Virus record (IMG/VR): IMGVR_UViG_3300020442_001061
Span: 1 to 59,562 of that record
Length of the DNA: 59,562 bases
Origin: a virus
Lineage: Duplodnaviria; Caudoviricetes
Reading direction: 5' to 3' (one strand)
Below the pieces are notes generated by a model, which was given only the letters and a program-made list of their open reading frames with translations, did no database searches and had not been told where the DNA came from. Below are positions 28,610 to 38,465 of the stretch, in pieces. The position numbers were made by a program, and so were the translations under genes. Position 1 is the first letter of the stretch; every line of letters starts with the position of its first letter.

Positions 28610-29574
28610 AATATTTTCTCCTTTGGTATTTTACTATCTGCACTACTTACGCAAGTTGGTGTTATGCATGGCATAGGCTTGTCAAACAGTTTGAAACCTT
28701 CAGTAAGTGTTCCTAGTGGTTGTTCGTGACAACTGTATGCACGTTTTACTTCATTGTTACGTATAATACAACTTTGATATCCACTATTGCAACTCCAACC
28801 TTTGAACTTGTTAAATCCAAACGCATTAAATCTTTCTGCTTGATCTAATTCGTATTTTATTCCTTCATCATCTTGTAATAGGATTTGGTTAATGTCTTGT
28901 TTACTCTCGGTTTGTAATATTTCTTTTTGGGCATCAGTATAACCACTAACGACAAAACTAGCGGTAGGATCAGACTGAGGCTTAAGAGTAACGTGAAGAC
29001 CACGTTGAATGAATCGATTGCTTCTGGCATAATATTCCTCCCAATGTCCAGGTACCATAACTTGATTGATAGTTACAAGTACTCCTTCGTCTTGGAGATA
29101 TAAAAGTTTATCTCCGAATTCTTTTTCGTTGGCAAATTCAGCATGGAAACTTGCTGTAATACTTCTTCTATCCATTACATGAGTTGCGTCTAACCAACGT
29201 TTCCACCATGCTTTACTAGGACTACAATTACTAGTCATGTGTATACTTAAATAAGGACTTTCATAATCTTCATAGTATTTTACTAAATCTAAAAACTTTT
29301 TATATGCAGTAGGTTCTCCCCCACTAAAACTAAAATGAAACTTGTCGAATCCGTTGGCCCTTGCTTGAGATTTGATTGTATTTATTGCGTTAGTATAAGT
29401 ATCAAACTCTAGATAGTCGGGTTTATCTGTATTAGCATAGGGCCAACAATAGGAACATCTATAATTACAAAAACGTCCTATGATCCAACTGACAGAAAAT
29501 AGGTTAGACTCAAGCATTGTTTTTTGCCCAAGTTTAACTATTCTATCAAATGGAATTTTTTGAAAATCGTTCAT
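28606..29574 (-). CDS. radical SAM protein (paralogue of 21506)
   Basis: VSW..CNYRCSYC, SGGEPT, TSN; GWSCNSG..C..CITPTC. Confidence 0.9.
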   Translation of the reverse strand: MNDFQKIPFDRIVKLGQKTMLESNLFSVSWIIGRFCNYRCSYCWPYANTDKPDYLEFDTYTNAINTIKSQARANGFDKFHFSFSGGEPTAYKKFLDLVKYYEDYESPYLSIHMTSNCSPSKAWWKRWLDATHVMDRRSITASFHAEFANEKEFGDKLLYLQDEGVLVTINQVMVPGHWEEYYARSNRFIQRGLHVTLKPQSDPTASFVVSGYTDAQKEILQTESKQDINQILLQDDEGIKYELDQAERFNAFGFNKFKGWSCNSGYQSCIIRNNEVKRAYSCHEQPLGTLTEGFKLFDKPMPCITPTCVSSADSKIPKEKIL

Positions 29575-30229
29575 TCAGCCAATTCCAATCGTTTATTAGT
29601 GCTAAAGTGCCAGGCTCATTACTATGAGTATTCCCAAAGTTACGGCCATCCCTAGCACCAGCGATACAATAGTCTCCGAATGGTTTATCCATACCTGCTT
29701 CGCACCATGTATCAAGTCTTTTAATTGTTTCATCATCTTCTTGCCTATCAATGACTTTACTAGCAAGTTTTACACATTCTCTAAATCCACTTTTCCAACT
29801 GTTAAAAGGATCTGTATTGAATGCTGTGATATTACTAACTTGTTCCATAGGTTTAAATTTATCACTTATGCTTGTAGTCATATCAACTGTACCAGTATTC
29901 ATTTTTAGTGTTAATGATCGAGGTAATAGTTTTACCCCACCATACCCATAAACTAAACCGTTTATAGGATTTTCGCAACGCCATACATGAACACAATCTA
30001 AATCATATTCACTTACTTCGTAATCAAACTTAAAGTCGTCTTTAATTACTGCATCACCGTCAACTACCCAAAACATTTTTGTAAAACATTTTTTAGCCGC
30101 GGCAACATGAGCATTGTGAATTCCGTCTACCCCATGTACTCTTTTTGCCATAGGATAAGTTTCTTTTAACTTTGCATATACTTCATCTGCATTAGGTTCT
30201 TTGTAACTTATAAAAACAATATCATACAT
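29546..30229 (-). CDS. GT-A-like glycosyltransferase
   Basis: VFISYKE, AKRVHGV, VVDGD (DxD), WKSGFRE; paralogue of 36985. Confidence 0.55.
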   Translation of the reverse strand: MYDIVFISYKEPNADEVYAKLKETYPMAKRVHGVDGIHNAHVAAAKKCFTKMFWVVDGDAVIKDDFKFDYEVSEYDLDCVHVWRCENPINGLVYGYGGVKLLPRSLTLKMNTGTVDMTTSISDKFKPMEQVSNITAFNTDPFNSWKSGFRECVKLASKVIDRQEDDETIKRLDTWCEAGMDKPFGDYCIAGARDGRNFGNTHSNEPGTLALINDWNWLNERFSKNSI

Positions 30230-31130
30230 AAACTTCTAATTCTTCTGCTAATTCTTTTTGTATATGTCTATCTGCGTGACAGTTATCTGGAAATTTTTCG
30301 CTCTTATTCATAATATCAATAACAGCCTCATAATCTTCTACAATTTTTTTGAATTCAGAATCAGGTCCTTCTGGAATATCAGGTATATCTAAATCAGGAC
30401 GTTGTCTTTTAAACATACGCAAACTGTCTGCGGCACTTTCTGTTAGATCTGGTCTACGTCTACGCACATTTTCTGCGGTACCCCAAGAACTTATTAAAGG
30501 AACTGGTCTTCCTATTATTTTATCCATCCAATTACGATGAGCATATTTTATAAAACTATACTGTGAAATATCTTCAGGCAGTTTACCCCAACCTTCAATA
30601 ACTAGCCAAGGTATATGCGTTTCTTCATAAATTTTTTGTGCACCATCTAATGCAACTTTAAGTAAACTGTCATTAATTTCTTTTATAGTTTTAGCACCAG
30701 CAACAAAAGGTTCGCTTTGTTTATAATATTTTTCTAAATCAAAAAGTCCTGCTTCGTCTGGCCATAAACTTCTTTTTAAATCTCTACAAGGTTCTGTAAG
30801 CATCCAAATAATTAAATCAGGATTATAAAATACAGGACTAGTAAAACAAGGTGCTAACCCTAGTGCTTCTTCTACTTTAAATATTGCTTCAAAATTACCT
30901 GCACCACCAAATGCATAATTTACTGTGCAGTGGCCTGCTTTATCTAAATGATATCCAAAGCCGGGCCATACAACTTGAAAGGGTTTAGGAAAATCGCCTT
31001 CTAAGTATTTTTCTTTATTCCATGGACGGAATACTTCTGGGTCATTATTGTTAGCAACTCCAGGTCCTGGAATAATTGTACCCCACTCTCCTAATGCGTT
31101 ACTATCGCCAACTATTAATATTTTACTCAT
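30222..31130 (-). CDS. SGNH-like hydrolase/acyltransferase
   Basis: ILIVGDS, NYAFGGAGN and DNCH. Confidence 0.55.
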   Translation of the reverse strand: MSKILIVGDSNALGEWGTIIPGPGVANNNDPEVFRPWNKEKYLEGDFPKPFQVVWPGFGYHLDKAGHCTVNYAFGGAGNFEAIFKVEEALGLAPCFTSPVFYNPDLIIWMLTEPCRDLKRSLWPDEAGLFDLEKYYKQSEPFVAGAKTIKEINDSLLKVALDGAQKIYEETHIPWLVIEGWGKLPEDISQYSFIKYAHRNWMDKIIGRPVPLISSWGTAENVRRRRPDLTESAADSLRMFKRQRPDLDIPDIPEGPDSEFKKIVEDYEAVIDIMNKSEKFPDNCHADRHIQKELAEELEVYV

Positions 31131-32299
31131 CTTGTATTACCGTAATGTTTTACCTCTACATCTTTTGATTTAAATTTTCTCCACGGATCAACAACAACAC
31201 TATCGCTGTTTAATTTACAATACAGTTTCTCATGTGCAAGTAAAACTACTGCACTATAAGGTCCTGGATCAGGAAATACTAAAGGATCTACTTTCATTGG
31301 TGGATAACCTAGTTCGTTGCAATAGTGTCCTACTAACAAACTGTAACTTCCGTCTATGTATGGCACATCTGGTTTGTATGCAACACCGTTTAGTAATATA
31401 GGTAATTCTTTCTCCTCCGCTATTTTAACCAAATACTTTGCAAGGTTTTTTGCTTGTACTTCTCTAGCATTCATTATAGCATCAAATATATCATATTGCA
31501 AATCCAATTTCTCTGCCATATATCTTAATGCAATATTATCTCGTGGGTGACAAGCACCGCCATCGCCCATTCCTGCTTTTAGATACATTGGACTTACGAT
31601 TCTTTTCTCACAGGCTTTAAGTGCATCAGTTACTACATCTACATCTATATTACCTTGACGTTCTGCAACGTCTTGTATCATGTTTACTAATCCTATTTTT
31701 GTGCTAATGAAAGTATTATAAAAAACTTTAATACATTCGCATTCGTCCCAAGTTCCTATCTGATAACTAGGTTTGTTTTCCATAATTGACACATAAAATT
31801 CTTTTAACTGTTTTGCGTCACCTGTTTCAGTTCCATCTTGTGTACCTATCATTACTATATCTGGATTTACCATATCCCAAGCAACAGTCCCCATAGCAAT
31901 CAAATAAGGGTTATAAACAAATCTTGTATTTGTTACTAGTGGTACAAATTCTCTACGTGTAGTTCCAGGAAGTACAGTTGATATTAATACTAGCAGTTGA
32001 TCTTTATTCATGTGCAGGTTTGCTTCACGTAATACATCAACAACTATATCATAAGAAAAATCTTTAGGCTCTAAATGTGCTGTTGGTTGTCTTCCGTCAT
32101 AGTCAGGATGATGCGGAGTTGGTACTGCTACAAAAACTATTTCTCTATCTTGTACTGCTTCTTTAATTGTTTCTTTAACCGAAATTAAATCACTTGTAAC
32201 TTCTGCTACGTCATAACCTGTAACGTCATGACCTTTCTGAGCAACTACTTCAGCACAAGGTAAACCTAGTTTACCTAATCCAATAAATGATATCTTCAC
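31127..32299 (-). CDS. ugd: UDP-glucose/GDP-mannose dehydrogenase family protein
   Basis: GLGKLG, VAVPTP, STVLPGT, KVFYNTF, GGACHPRD (catalytic Cys), GVAYKP; GTG start with GGAG SD. Confidence 0.9.
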   Translation of the reverse strand: MKISFIGLGKLGLPCAEVVAQKGHDVTGYDVAEVTSDLISVKETIKEAVQDREIVFVAVPTPHHPDYDGRQPTAHLEPKDFSYDIVVDVLREANLHMNKDQLLVLISTVLPGTTRREFVPLVTNTRFVYNPYLIAMGTVAWDMVNPDIVMIGTQDGTETGDAKQLKEFYVSIMENKPSYQIGTWDECECIKVFYNTFISTKIGLVNMIQDVAERQGNIDVDVVTDALKACEKRIVSPMYLKAGMGDGGACHPRDNIALRYMAEKLDLQYDIFDAIMNAREVQAKNLAKYLVKIAEEKELPILLNGVAYKPDVPYIDGSYSLLVGHYCNELGYPPMKVDPLVFPDPGPYSAVVLLAHEKLYCKLNSDSVVVDPWRKFKSKDVEVKHYGNTR

Positions 32300-32319
32300 C
32301 TTATTCTCCGACTATTATA

Positions 32320-32345
32320 TACGCATATAAATACTATGTATTTAT
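32320..32345. promoter_or_regulatory. face-to-face late-like promoters fused to TACGCATATAA motif
   Basis: Plus strand TATAAATA 32326-32333; minus strand ATAAATA 32339-32345. Confidence 0.6.
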
Positions 32346-32359
32346 TGGGATAAGCATTC

Positions 32360-33619
32360 ATGAATTTTGTAAAAGGATTTTTGTTAAAAAACGAGTGGGT
32401 TTCTGCTCCATTTAGTACCTGTTCTTCAGTAAAATTACGTGAAGCATTTACCAAAAATCAAACCAAAACTGACGATATTACAATATATCAAGTATTGATA
32501 AAATATCCTAAATGGGAAAAGGATACAAATATTTTTGGATGGATGGATCACAGAAGTAGAAAAGAATTCAAGAAAAACCCAAAATCTTTTTTCATCTTTG
32601 ACGCTAGTACAGAAGGATTCAGTACACTTAAAAGAGAACCTTTCTTTGACATCCTATATTGGAACTGCAGAAATTATAAAATTGATCCAGAACGTGTAAT
32701 TTTTATTTCTGCAAATATGCGAGATGAAGAAAACATAAAAATTTACAATACACAAAATAACATAGATAGAAGTATCAAGGTAGTTACATTTAACAACTTT
32801 GAAAGTATGCTGTTTGGTTTAAATGAAAATACAATCCCGGCAAACGAAGAGCCACAAACAATCGCACATAGACATTATGAAGACACAAGAATTAAAGTCA
32901 AAGCAAAATATGAAAATAAAATATTTCTAAGTTTAAGTAGAGTGAACAGGCCACATAGATCATTAAGCACTTATGAAATATTTAATAGTGATATATTTTT
33001 AGATGGACTAGTAAGTCATGATAAAATAAAACATTCACAGATAGAACATATCTACAATGGAATGCCACGAGGACATAATGTACATTGGAAGCAATTTAAA
33101 CGTTGGAGTAAAAGAGGATTACCTCTAACAGTTGATACACACGACTTTGTAACTAACCACGCAATGAGTCTAAACAATATATTACACGATACTACTTTAT
33201 TTCAGATAGTAAATGAAACGTTTGCAGAAAACTGGGACGGAACAAGTTTATTTTGGAGTGAAAAAACTTTTAGAAGTATATATCATATGCAACCTTTTTT
33301 AATATGGGGGCAACATGGAGCAAATGAAAGATTACAAGACTATGGTTATAAGTTGTATGATACTGTATTTGATTACAGTTTTGATAATGTACGTGACGAT
33401 TATAGAAGATGGCAATTATTATTCGAGCAAGTGCAAAAACTAGTATACAAATTAAAACAAGATAGTAAAGAACAACAAATACGTTGGCGTTTTAAAACAC
33501 GTGAAACACTAATACATAATTTTAAAACTTTATATACAGAAAAGCATACAAAAGATGTGTTTTTTAATTTAAGTAAATACATAAGAGATACAGCAGATGG
33601 CAAAGAAACTATATCATAA
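32360..33619 (+). CDS. hypothetical protein, putative GT-B/GT10-like glycosyltransferase
   Basis: FLSLSRVNRPHR, IVNET..SEKTFR..PFLIWG and FDYSFD. Confidence 0.45.
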   Translation: MNFVKGFLLKNEWVSAPFSTCSSVKLREAFTKNQTKTDDITIYQVLIKYPKWEKDTNIFGWMDHRSRKEFKKNPKSFFIFDASTEGFSTLKREPFFDILYWNCRNYKIDPERVIFISANMRDEENIKIYNTQNNIDRSIKVVTFNNFESMLFGLNENTIPANEEPQTIAHRHYEDTRIKVKAKYENKIFLSLSRVNRPHRSLSTYEIFNSDIFLDGLVSHDKIKHSQIEHIYNGMPRGHNVHWKQFKRWSKRGLPLTVDTHDFVTNHAMSLNNILHDTTLFQIVNETFAENWDGTSLFWSEKTFRSIYHMQPFLIWGQHGANERLQDYGYKLYDTVFDYSFDNVRDDYRRWQLLFEQVQKLVYKLKQDSKEQQIRWRFKTRETLIHNFKTLYTEKHTKDVFFNLSKYIRDTADGKETIS

Positions 33620-34472
33620 TTATCCTAAGAGAATTTTTACTTTCGGTTGCAGTTTTACTGACTACTTATGGGCCTCTTGGGCAAACATAATTGGAGCAGA
33701 ATTCAACGATGCAGAATTTAGAAATTTTGCTAGAGCAGGAGCAGGTAATTTTTATATTTTTAACACACTGATGCAGGCAGATGCTGTATATAACTTTGAT
33801 CATAATGATTTAGTAATAGTTCAATGGACAAATATATGTAGAGAGGATAGATATCTACCACAAAAAGATGGATGGCTAGTTCCTGGAAATATTTACACAC
33901 AAGGCGAATATGATGAAGAATGGGTTAAAAATTATTTTAGTGAATACGGTGCATATCTAAGAGATTTTAGTTTTATACACGCCGCACACGAGCATTTAAA
34001 ACATAAATGCCAATGGCATTTTTTACAGATGTTAGATATAGTTGATTTTACTAATCAATGGGATTTAAATAAAAAATCAGAAATACATGATAAGATAAAA
34101 AATCTAGCACACATATATAAAAAAGATCTTGATACTATCCTTCCTAGTTTTTATCAAATATGCTACCTAAATAATTTAGATAGAAAATTTAAACTAGATA
34201 AAAAACTTGTTAACGATAATTTTAAAGACGGACATCCACATCCTATGGAACATTACGATTACCTTAAAAACGTTTTTAAGCATGATTGGAAAGATGAAAC
34301 AGATCGCAAAGTAGGAAAAATTTTTAACAAATGGAAAAAGTTAATGAATGATGCAAGTCATGATGTTCCAAACTTTCATATCTACAGTCTACCACAAAAA
34401 TGGCTTGATATGGTAAGATATGAATTGCGCCTACGTCCTGGCGATCAAATAGATCCTAGAATACATACCTAA
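33597..34472 (+). CDS. SGNH-like protein
   Basis: FGCSFT, NFARAGAGN, VQWT and DGHP. Confidence 0.55.
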   Translation: MAKKLYHNYPKRIFTFGCSFTDYLWASWANIIGAEFNDAEFRNFARAGAGNFYIFNTLMQADAVYNFDHNDLVIVQWTNICREDRYLPQKDGWLVPGNIYTQGEYDEEWVKNYFSEYGAYLRDFSFIHAAHEHLKHKCQWHFLQMLDIVDFTNQWDLNKKSEIHDKIKNLAHIYKKDLDTILPSFYQICYLNNLDRKFKLDKKLVNDNFKDGHPHPMEHYDYLKNVFKHDWKDETDRKVGKIFNKWKKLMNDASHDVPNFHIYSLPQKWLDMVRYELRLRPGDQIDPRIHT

Positions 34473-35637
34473 GTTCTGGAAAAGTTTCACTAAAGTTTCT
34501 ATTACGTATTATATCGTAGTGTTGATTTTTTGTTTTCCAAGTAGAATTATGCTCACTGTTATATTCAGTATTTTGTATAAAATTTAAAACACCTTTAACT
34601 GCTTCTCTATGTTCAGTGTTTACAATTTTATCATAATATTTTTTTAATTTATCATAACCTATATGTAATTCTTTTGTAGGTACAGCAGATAAACTGTAAT
34701 GACTTGGCTCAACTAGATTGTAAAGTGTGCAACTGTTTACATCAAATCCGTTATCTGTCATATACTCTAAAAAATCAGCAAGTGTTACAATATTAAAAGC
34801 ACTTACTACGGTATTGAAACTCATAATTACGTGTGGACATTCTTTTTTTACTTTTTTATAATTTTCAATAATTAGATTCCAATCAGTACCTTCTCGTATA
34901 TATTCTGCTCTATCCCCATAATGATCTAAACTTGCTCTTACTTGTACAAGTTTAAATTGTTTCCAATAGTCTATTATACTTTTCTTTTTGTAATTTAAAT
35001 TACTTAAATTTGTGTTGTATTGTAAAAGTGCATTTGTTTTATTTTCTGCAATCAAATGATCTAAAATATCGTAATGCTTATCTGTTATTAAAGGTTCGCC
35101 ACCTGCAAAATAAAAATCCTCTATATCTTTTAAGTATGGTTTAAACTGATCAAATAAATTATCGTTATTGGCTCCTCCGGCAAAAGTATATACAGGCACA
35201 TTACTACCTTGCTGTCTATCTTCTATTGCCCAACTTGAACTGTATGTTGCACTACAAGTTCTACACTTTAAATTACAAATATTACTCCAACGTACATCAA
35301 AATACAACAGTTTCATTATATCTAATGTTCCGTCTGCTTTAGTGTGGTTACGTATACCTAAATGTTTTTCAAATTTTTTATTATTTTCTTGTCTAAAACT
35401 ACTTACACCGCTTGATTCGTGTTTCCAACAAGCATTACATTCTATAGGCTTCTTTCCTTCTAACAAAGCCTTACGTAATTTTTTATACGGATAACTATTC
35501 CATATTTGTTCTATTGTATTAGTTTGTGTATTACCTAAAGGTCTTTTCCAATCTCCAATACAACAAGGCAAAACATTACCGTCTGGATTAACATACATAT
35601 GAACCCAAGGCAGTATGCAAAAATTATCTGTACTCAT
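34456..35637 (-). CDS. N-terminal twitch-domain radical SAM protein
   Basis: CILPW..GNVLPCC..CNAC, CNLKCRTC, AGGEP, NTN, TFPEL. Confidence 0.9.
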   Translation of the reverse strand: MSTDNFCILPWVHMYVNPDGNVLPCCIGDWKRPLGNTQTNTIEQIWNSYPYKKLRKALLEGKKPIECNACWKHESSGVSSFRQENNKKFEKHLGIRNHTKADGTLDIMKLLYFDVRWSNICNLKCRTCSATYSSSWAIEDRQQGSNVPVYTFAGGANNDNLFDQFKPYLKDIEDFYFAGGEPLITDKHYDILDHLIAENKTNALLQYNTNLSNLNYKKKSIIDYWKQFKLVQVRASLDHYGDRAEYIREGTDWNLIIENYKKVKKECPHVIMSFNTVVSAFNIVTLADFLEYMTDNGFDVNSCTLYNLVEPSHYSLSAVPTKELHIGYDKLKKYYDKIVNTEHREAVKGVLNFIQNTEYNSEHNSTWKTKNQHYDIIRNRNFSETFPELRYVF

Positions 35638-36988
35638 TGTAAAACTCCTCTAATTCCGGAAAAGTTTCAACTATATTACTTCCGCTTCGTTTATCATATT
35701 CTGTAAACCAGCGACTAAAATTCCTACGTGCTTGTTCTAATTGTTCTGGCTCATAATTAGTATTTGACATATAATCAACGACACGTCTAAATTTTTCATA
35801 TTCTAATCTACTAAATTTGTATCTATCTGCATCGTCAACATTTGCACCAATAAACTGTAAATGTTGTTTCATATATGGTAAAAATTTATCCTTAGGTAAA
35901 ATATTCATATCAAATATTGCAGGCTCTTTTAAATGTGGAGTATCAAATCTAATACGTTGCCATTGAGTAGCATTATCTGTATTATATTTTTTACGCCATT
36001 CTAAAATCTTTTCAAGCAATAGGCTAAAACTAGTGACTACAAACAAGTTGAATGTAATCATAAAAGTAACAGGAAAGTTAGTATTAGTTAGATAATAATC
36101 TAAATTACTTTCCCATAAATTAATATCTAATCCCCTACGAGTGTATTCTGCTTTAGGACCCCAAGTATCTATACTTGTATAAAGTTTAAAACTTCTTATA
36201 CATTTATCTGCTTTAAGTTTGTTTACACGTTCTACTAAACGTTTAACCATAGCATTTTTTACACCCATGTTACTATTAATTTCTAATTGTATATGAGGCT
36301 TGGGATCATTTTCTAATTCATCAAACAAACGCCATGTACTTCTGTGCATTAATGGCTCGCCACCTGTAATACGTAAAATGTTTAGTGTTTTACTAACTTC
36401 AGGCCACCAATCCCACCATGCCTTAATATATGGATTATTATCTTCTTCATATAATTCAAAGTAATCTATATCCTGCCTATGACTTGTTGACATAGTATAA
36501 GGACCATGCTTTTTAATTTCGTTATAGTAACTTGTACTAAATTTGGGGTGACAATATCCGCACTTAAAATTACATTCATTACTGAAGTTTATTTCAATAT
36601 ATTCGGGATTTACATTTAAATCCGCACCTTTTTGTTTTATTTCCGCTACTCTACCTGGAGTATATATGCTTGTAGTTTTTATATGCCTATCACTAACAAA
36701 GTCTTTACCCATGGCTTCTATCTTCCAACAGTAGTTACAGCCTGATGGTTTTTGTCCACAAAGCATTTGCTTTCTTTGTTCTTTCTTTTCTTTTGTATTG
36801 TGCAACGCACTAGGATTATCTTTTAATTCTTCTAATGGAATAGGGTGTGGAGCAGGGTGATAACAACTGTGTGTTTCACCTGTTTGTAAATAGATAGTAG
36901 TATGATGCCATTTTGCTAAACAAAAAGTAGGAGAAGTTTCCGCTTCTACTATTGGCATTATCTCTTTTATTTTATCTAGTTCGCTCAT
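35624..36988 (-). CDS. N-terminal twitch-domain radical SAM protein
   Basis: CLAKW..THSCYHP..CNYC, CNFKCGYC, TGGEP, TFPEL. Confidence 0.9.
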   Translation of the reverse strand: MSELDKIKEIMPIVEAETSPTFCLAKWHHTTIYLQTGETHSCYHPAPHPIPLEELKDNPSALHNTKEKKEQRKQMLCGQKPSGCNYCWKIEAMGKDFVSDRHIKTTSIYTPGRVAEIKQKGADLNVNPEYIEINFSNECNFKCGYCHPKFSTSYYNEIKKHGPYTMSTSHRQDIDYFELYEEDNNPYIKAWWDWWPEVSKTLNILRITGGEPLMHRSTWRLFDELENDPKPHIQLEINSNMGVKNAMVKRLVERVNKLKADKCIRSFKLYTSIDTWGPKAEYTRRGLDINLWESNLDYYLTNTNFPVTFMITFNLFVVTSFSLLLEKILEWRKKYNTDNATQWQRIRFDTPHLKEPAIFDMNILPKDKFLPYMKQHLQFIGANVDDADRYKFSRLEYEKFRRVVDYMSNTNYEPEQLEQARRNFSRWFTEYDKRSGSNIVETFPELEEFYNEYR

Positions 36989-37875
36989 CTAATAACTCTA
37001 GGAGAATTTTTATAGACTTCCTTAAAAAATTTACTTTGGTTATCGTCTAATGCATTTTCACTAATAGGTAAGTCTAATGCTTGTAATTCTTTGCCTAGAT
37101 CATGTATTACTTGTTTACATAATGTTTCATCATATCCTTGATATTCATCTTTCCATAGTTTGTTTAGGTATTCAAAGTCTCTTGTGTTATTGTAATCCCA
37201 ATCTGTACCTAAAACTTTATGACAACCTAACCTAGCACCCATTATACTGAACAGGCCGTTCTTTACATCTGCACCTACATTCATCCAGATAAGCAATCTA
37301 TGATAATTTTGCCACCAAACATCATTACTAACGTCTTGAATCTTTTTACCTCTGTTAAGTGACATCTTTACACCTTCTCTAAATCCTGCTCTCCAGGCTT
37401 GATGCGGCGTTGCACTAATAATACTTGTTGAATAATTTTCATTCAACTGATAATAGTTGTCAAAATAACAAAATTCTATTTGTGTATCATCATTACCGTC
37501 AGTGTTTTCGTGTGTACGCATATTTTTAACAAAGTCTTTGGTCCACATCTTTAAACTACCATTACCATACATTAGTCCATTAATGTCAATTTTGCCACAC
37601 CAACTAAATTGGAAGTCATCATCTACCCCTAGTTGATCTAAATCTAACACAACATTTAAAAACTCTGGATCTATTACAGTATCTCCGTCAACAGTAACAA
37701 AATGTTTTGTCTCTGATAACTCTGCACAGGCCTTGTGTGCCGCATCTGAACCTTCTACACCATGCACACGTTTTGCCCATGGCACTTTTTTACATAAGTC
37801 TACGTAATTCTTTTCACAGTTAGGCTCATCATAACTTAAAAATATAATATCTTGTTCTGCTATATTAATTTTCAT
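36985..37875 (-). CDS. GT-A-like glycosyltransferase
   Basis: IFLSYDEPN, AKRVHGV, VTVDGD, AWRAGFREG. Confidence 0.55.
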   Translation of the reverse strand: MKINIAEQDIIFLSYDEPNCEKNYVDLCKKVPWAKRVHGVEGSDAAHKACAELSETKHFVTVDGDTVIDPEFLNVVLDLDQLGVDDDFQFSWCGKIDINGLMYGNGSLKMWTKDFVKNMRTHENTDGNDDTQIEFCYFDNYYQLNENYSTSIISATPHQAWRAGFREGVKMSLNRGKKIQDVSNDVWWQNYHRLLIWMNVGADVKNGLFSIMGARLGCHKVLGTDWDYNNTRDFEYLNKLWKDEYQGYDETLCKQVIHDLGKELQALDLPISENALDDNQSKFFKEVYKNSPRVIR

Positions 37876-38465
37876 CGAATAACCTCTAAATTATACTTGT
37901 CGAATCTCTTTATTGTATATACACTCATTGGATCACCGTTAAATTCAAAGTCAGAGTCAAAAGGCACTACAACATACTTACCATCTACTAGATCATCGAA
38001 ATTAAAACTAATTGTTTTGTATAATATGTTTGGATCATTATGTTTTGTTATGCTAAAGTTCATTATCTGTTTGAAACTAACTTTATGTGCAAGTATATTT
38101 GCTTTTAGATCACCGCCTATTGTAAATTTCCAACAAGTATCTTTAATATTAAAAGTAACTTTTATATCAGAATTGTCAATATTGTCCTGTGGTATTTCGT
38201 AAATTAAGTCATCTACTAGATAACTGTCAATATCAAAGTTTGTACGAGTACGCAACTGATATTCTTTCTTTGTTTTATTATAATGAACATAATAATAACT
38301 CATAGGTTCGTTACCTGTAAGTATACTGTCAACTTCTTTTTGTTCTACAGGTATAAAACTGCCATCTGTAGGTTTATAATTCACTATACTTGATATCTCA
38401 CCACTAGTAGAATCAAATATAACAAAACGTTTTGTAGAAACATAAGGCGATTTTAGTGTAATCAT
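37872..38465 (-). CDS. hypothetical protein
   Basis: 197 aa; ATGA overlaps on both sides. Confidence 0.65.
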   Translation of the reverse strand: MITLKSPYVSTKRFVIFDSTSGEISSIVNYKPTDGSFIPVEQKEVDSILTGNEPMSYYYVHYNKTKKEYQLRTRTNFDIDSYLVDDLIYEIPQDNIDNSDIKVTFNIKDTCWKFTIGGDLKANILAHKVSFKQIMNFSITKHNDPNILYKTISFNFDDLVDGKYVVVPFDSDFEFNGDPMSVYTIKRFDKYNLEVIR

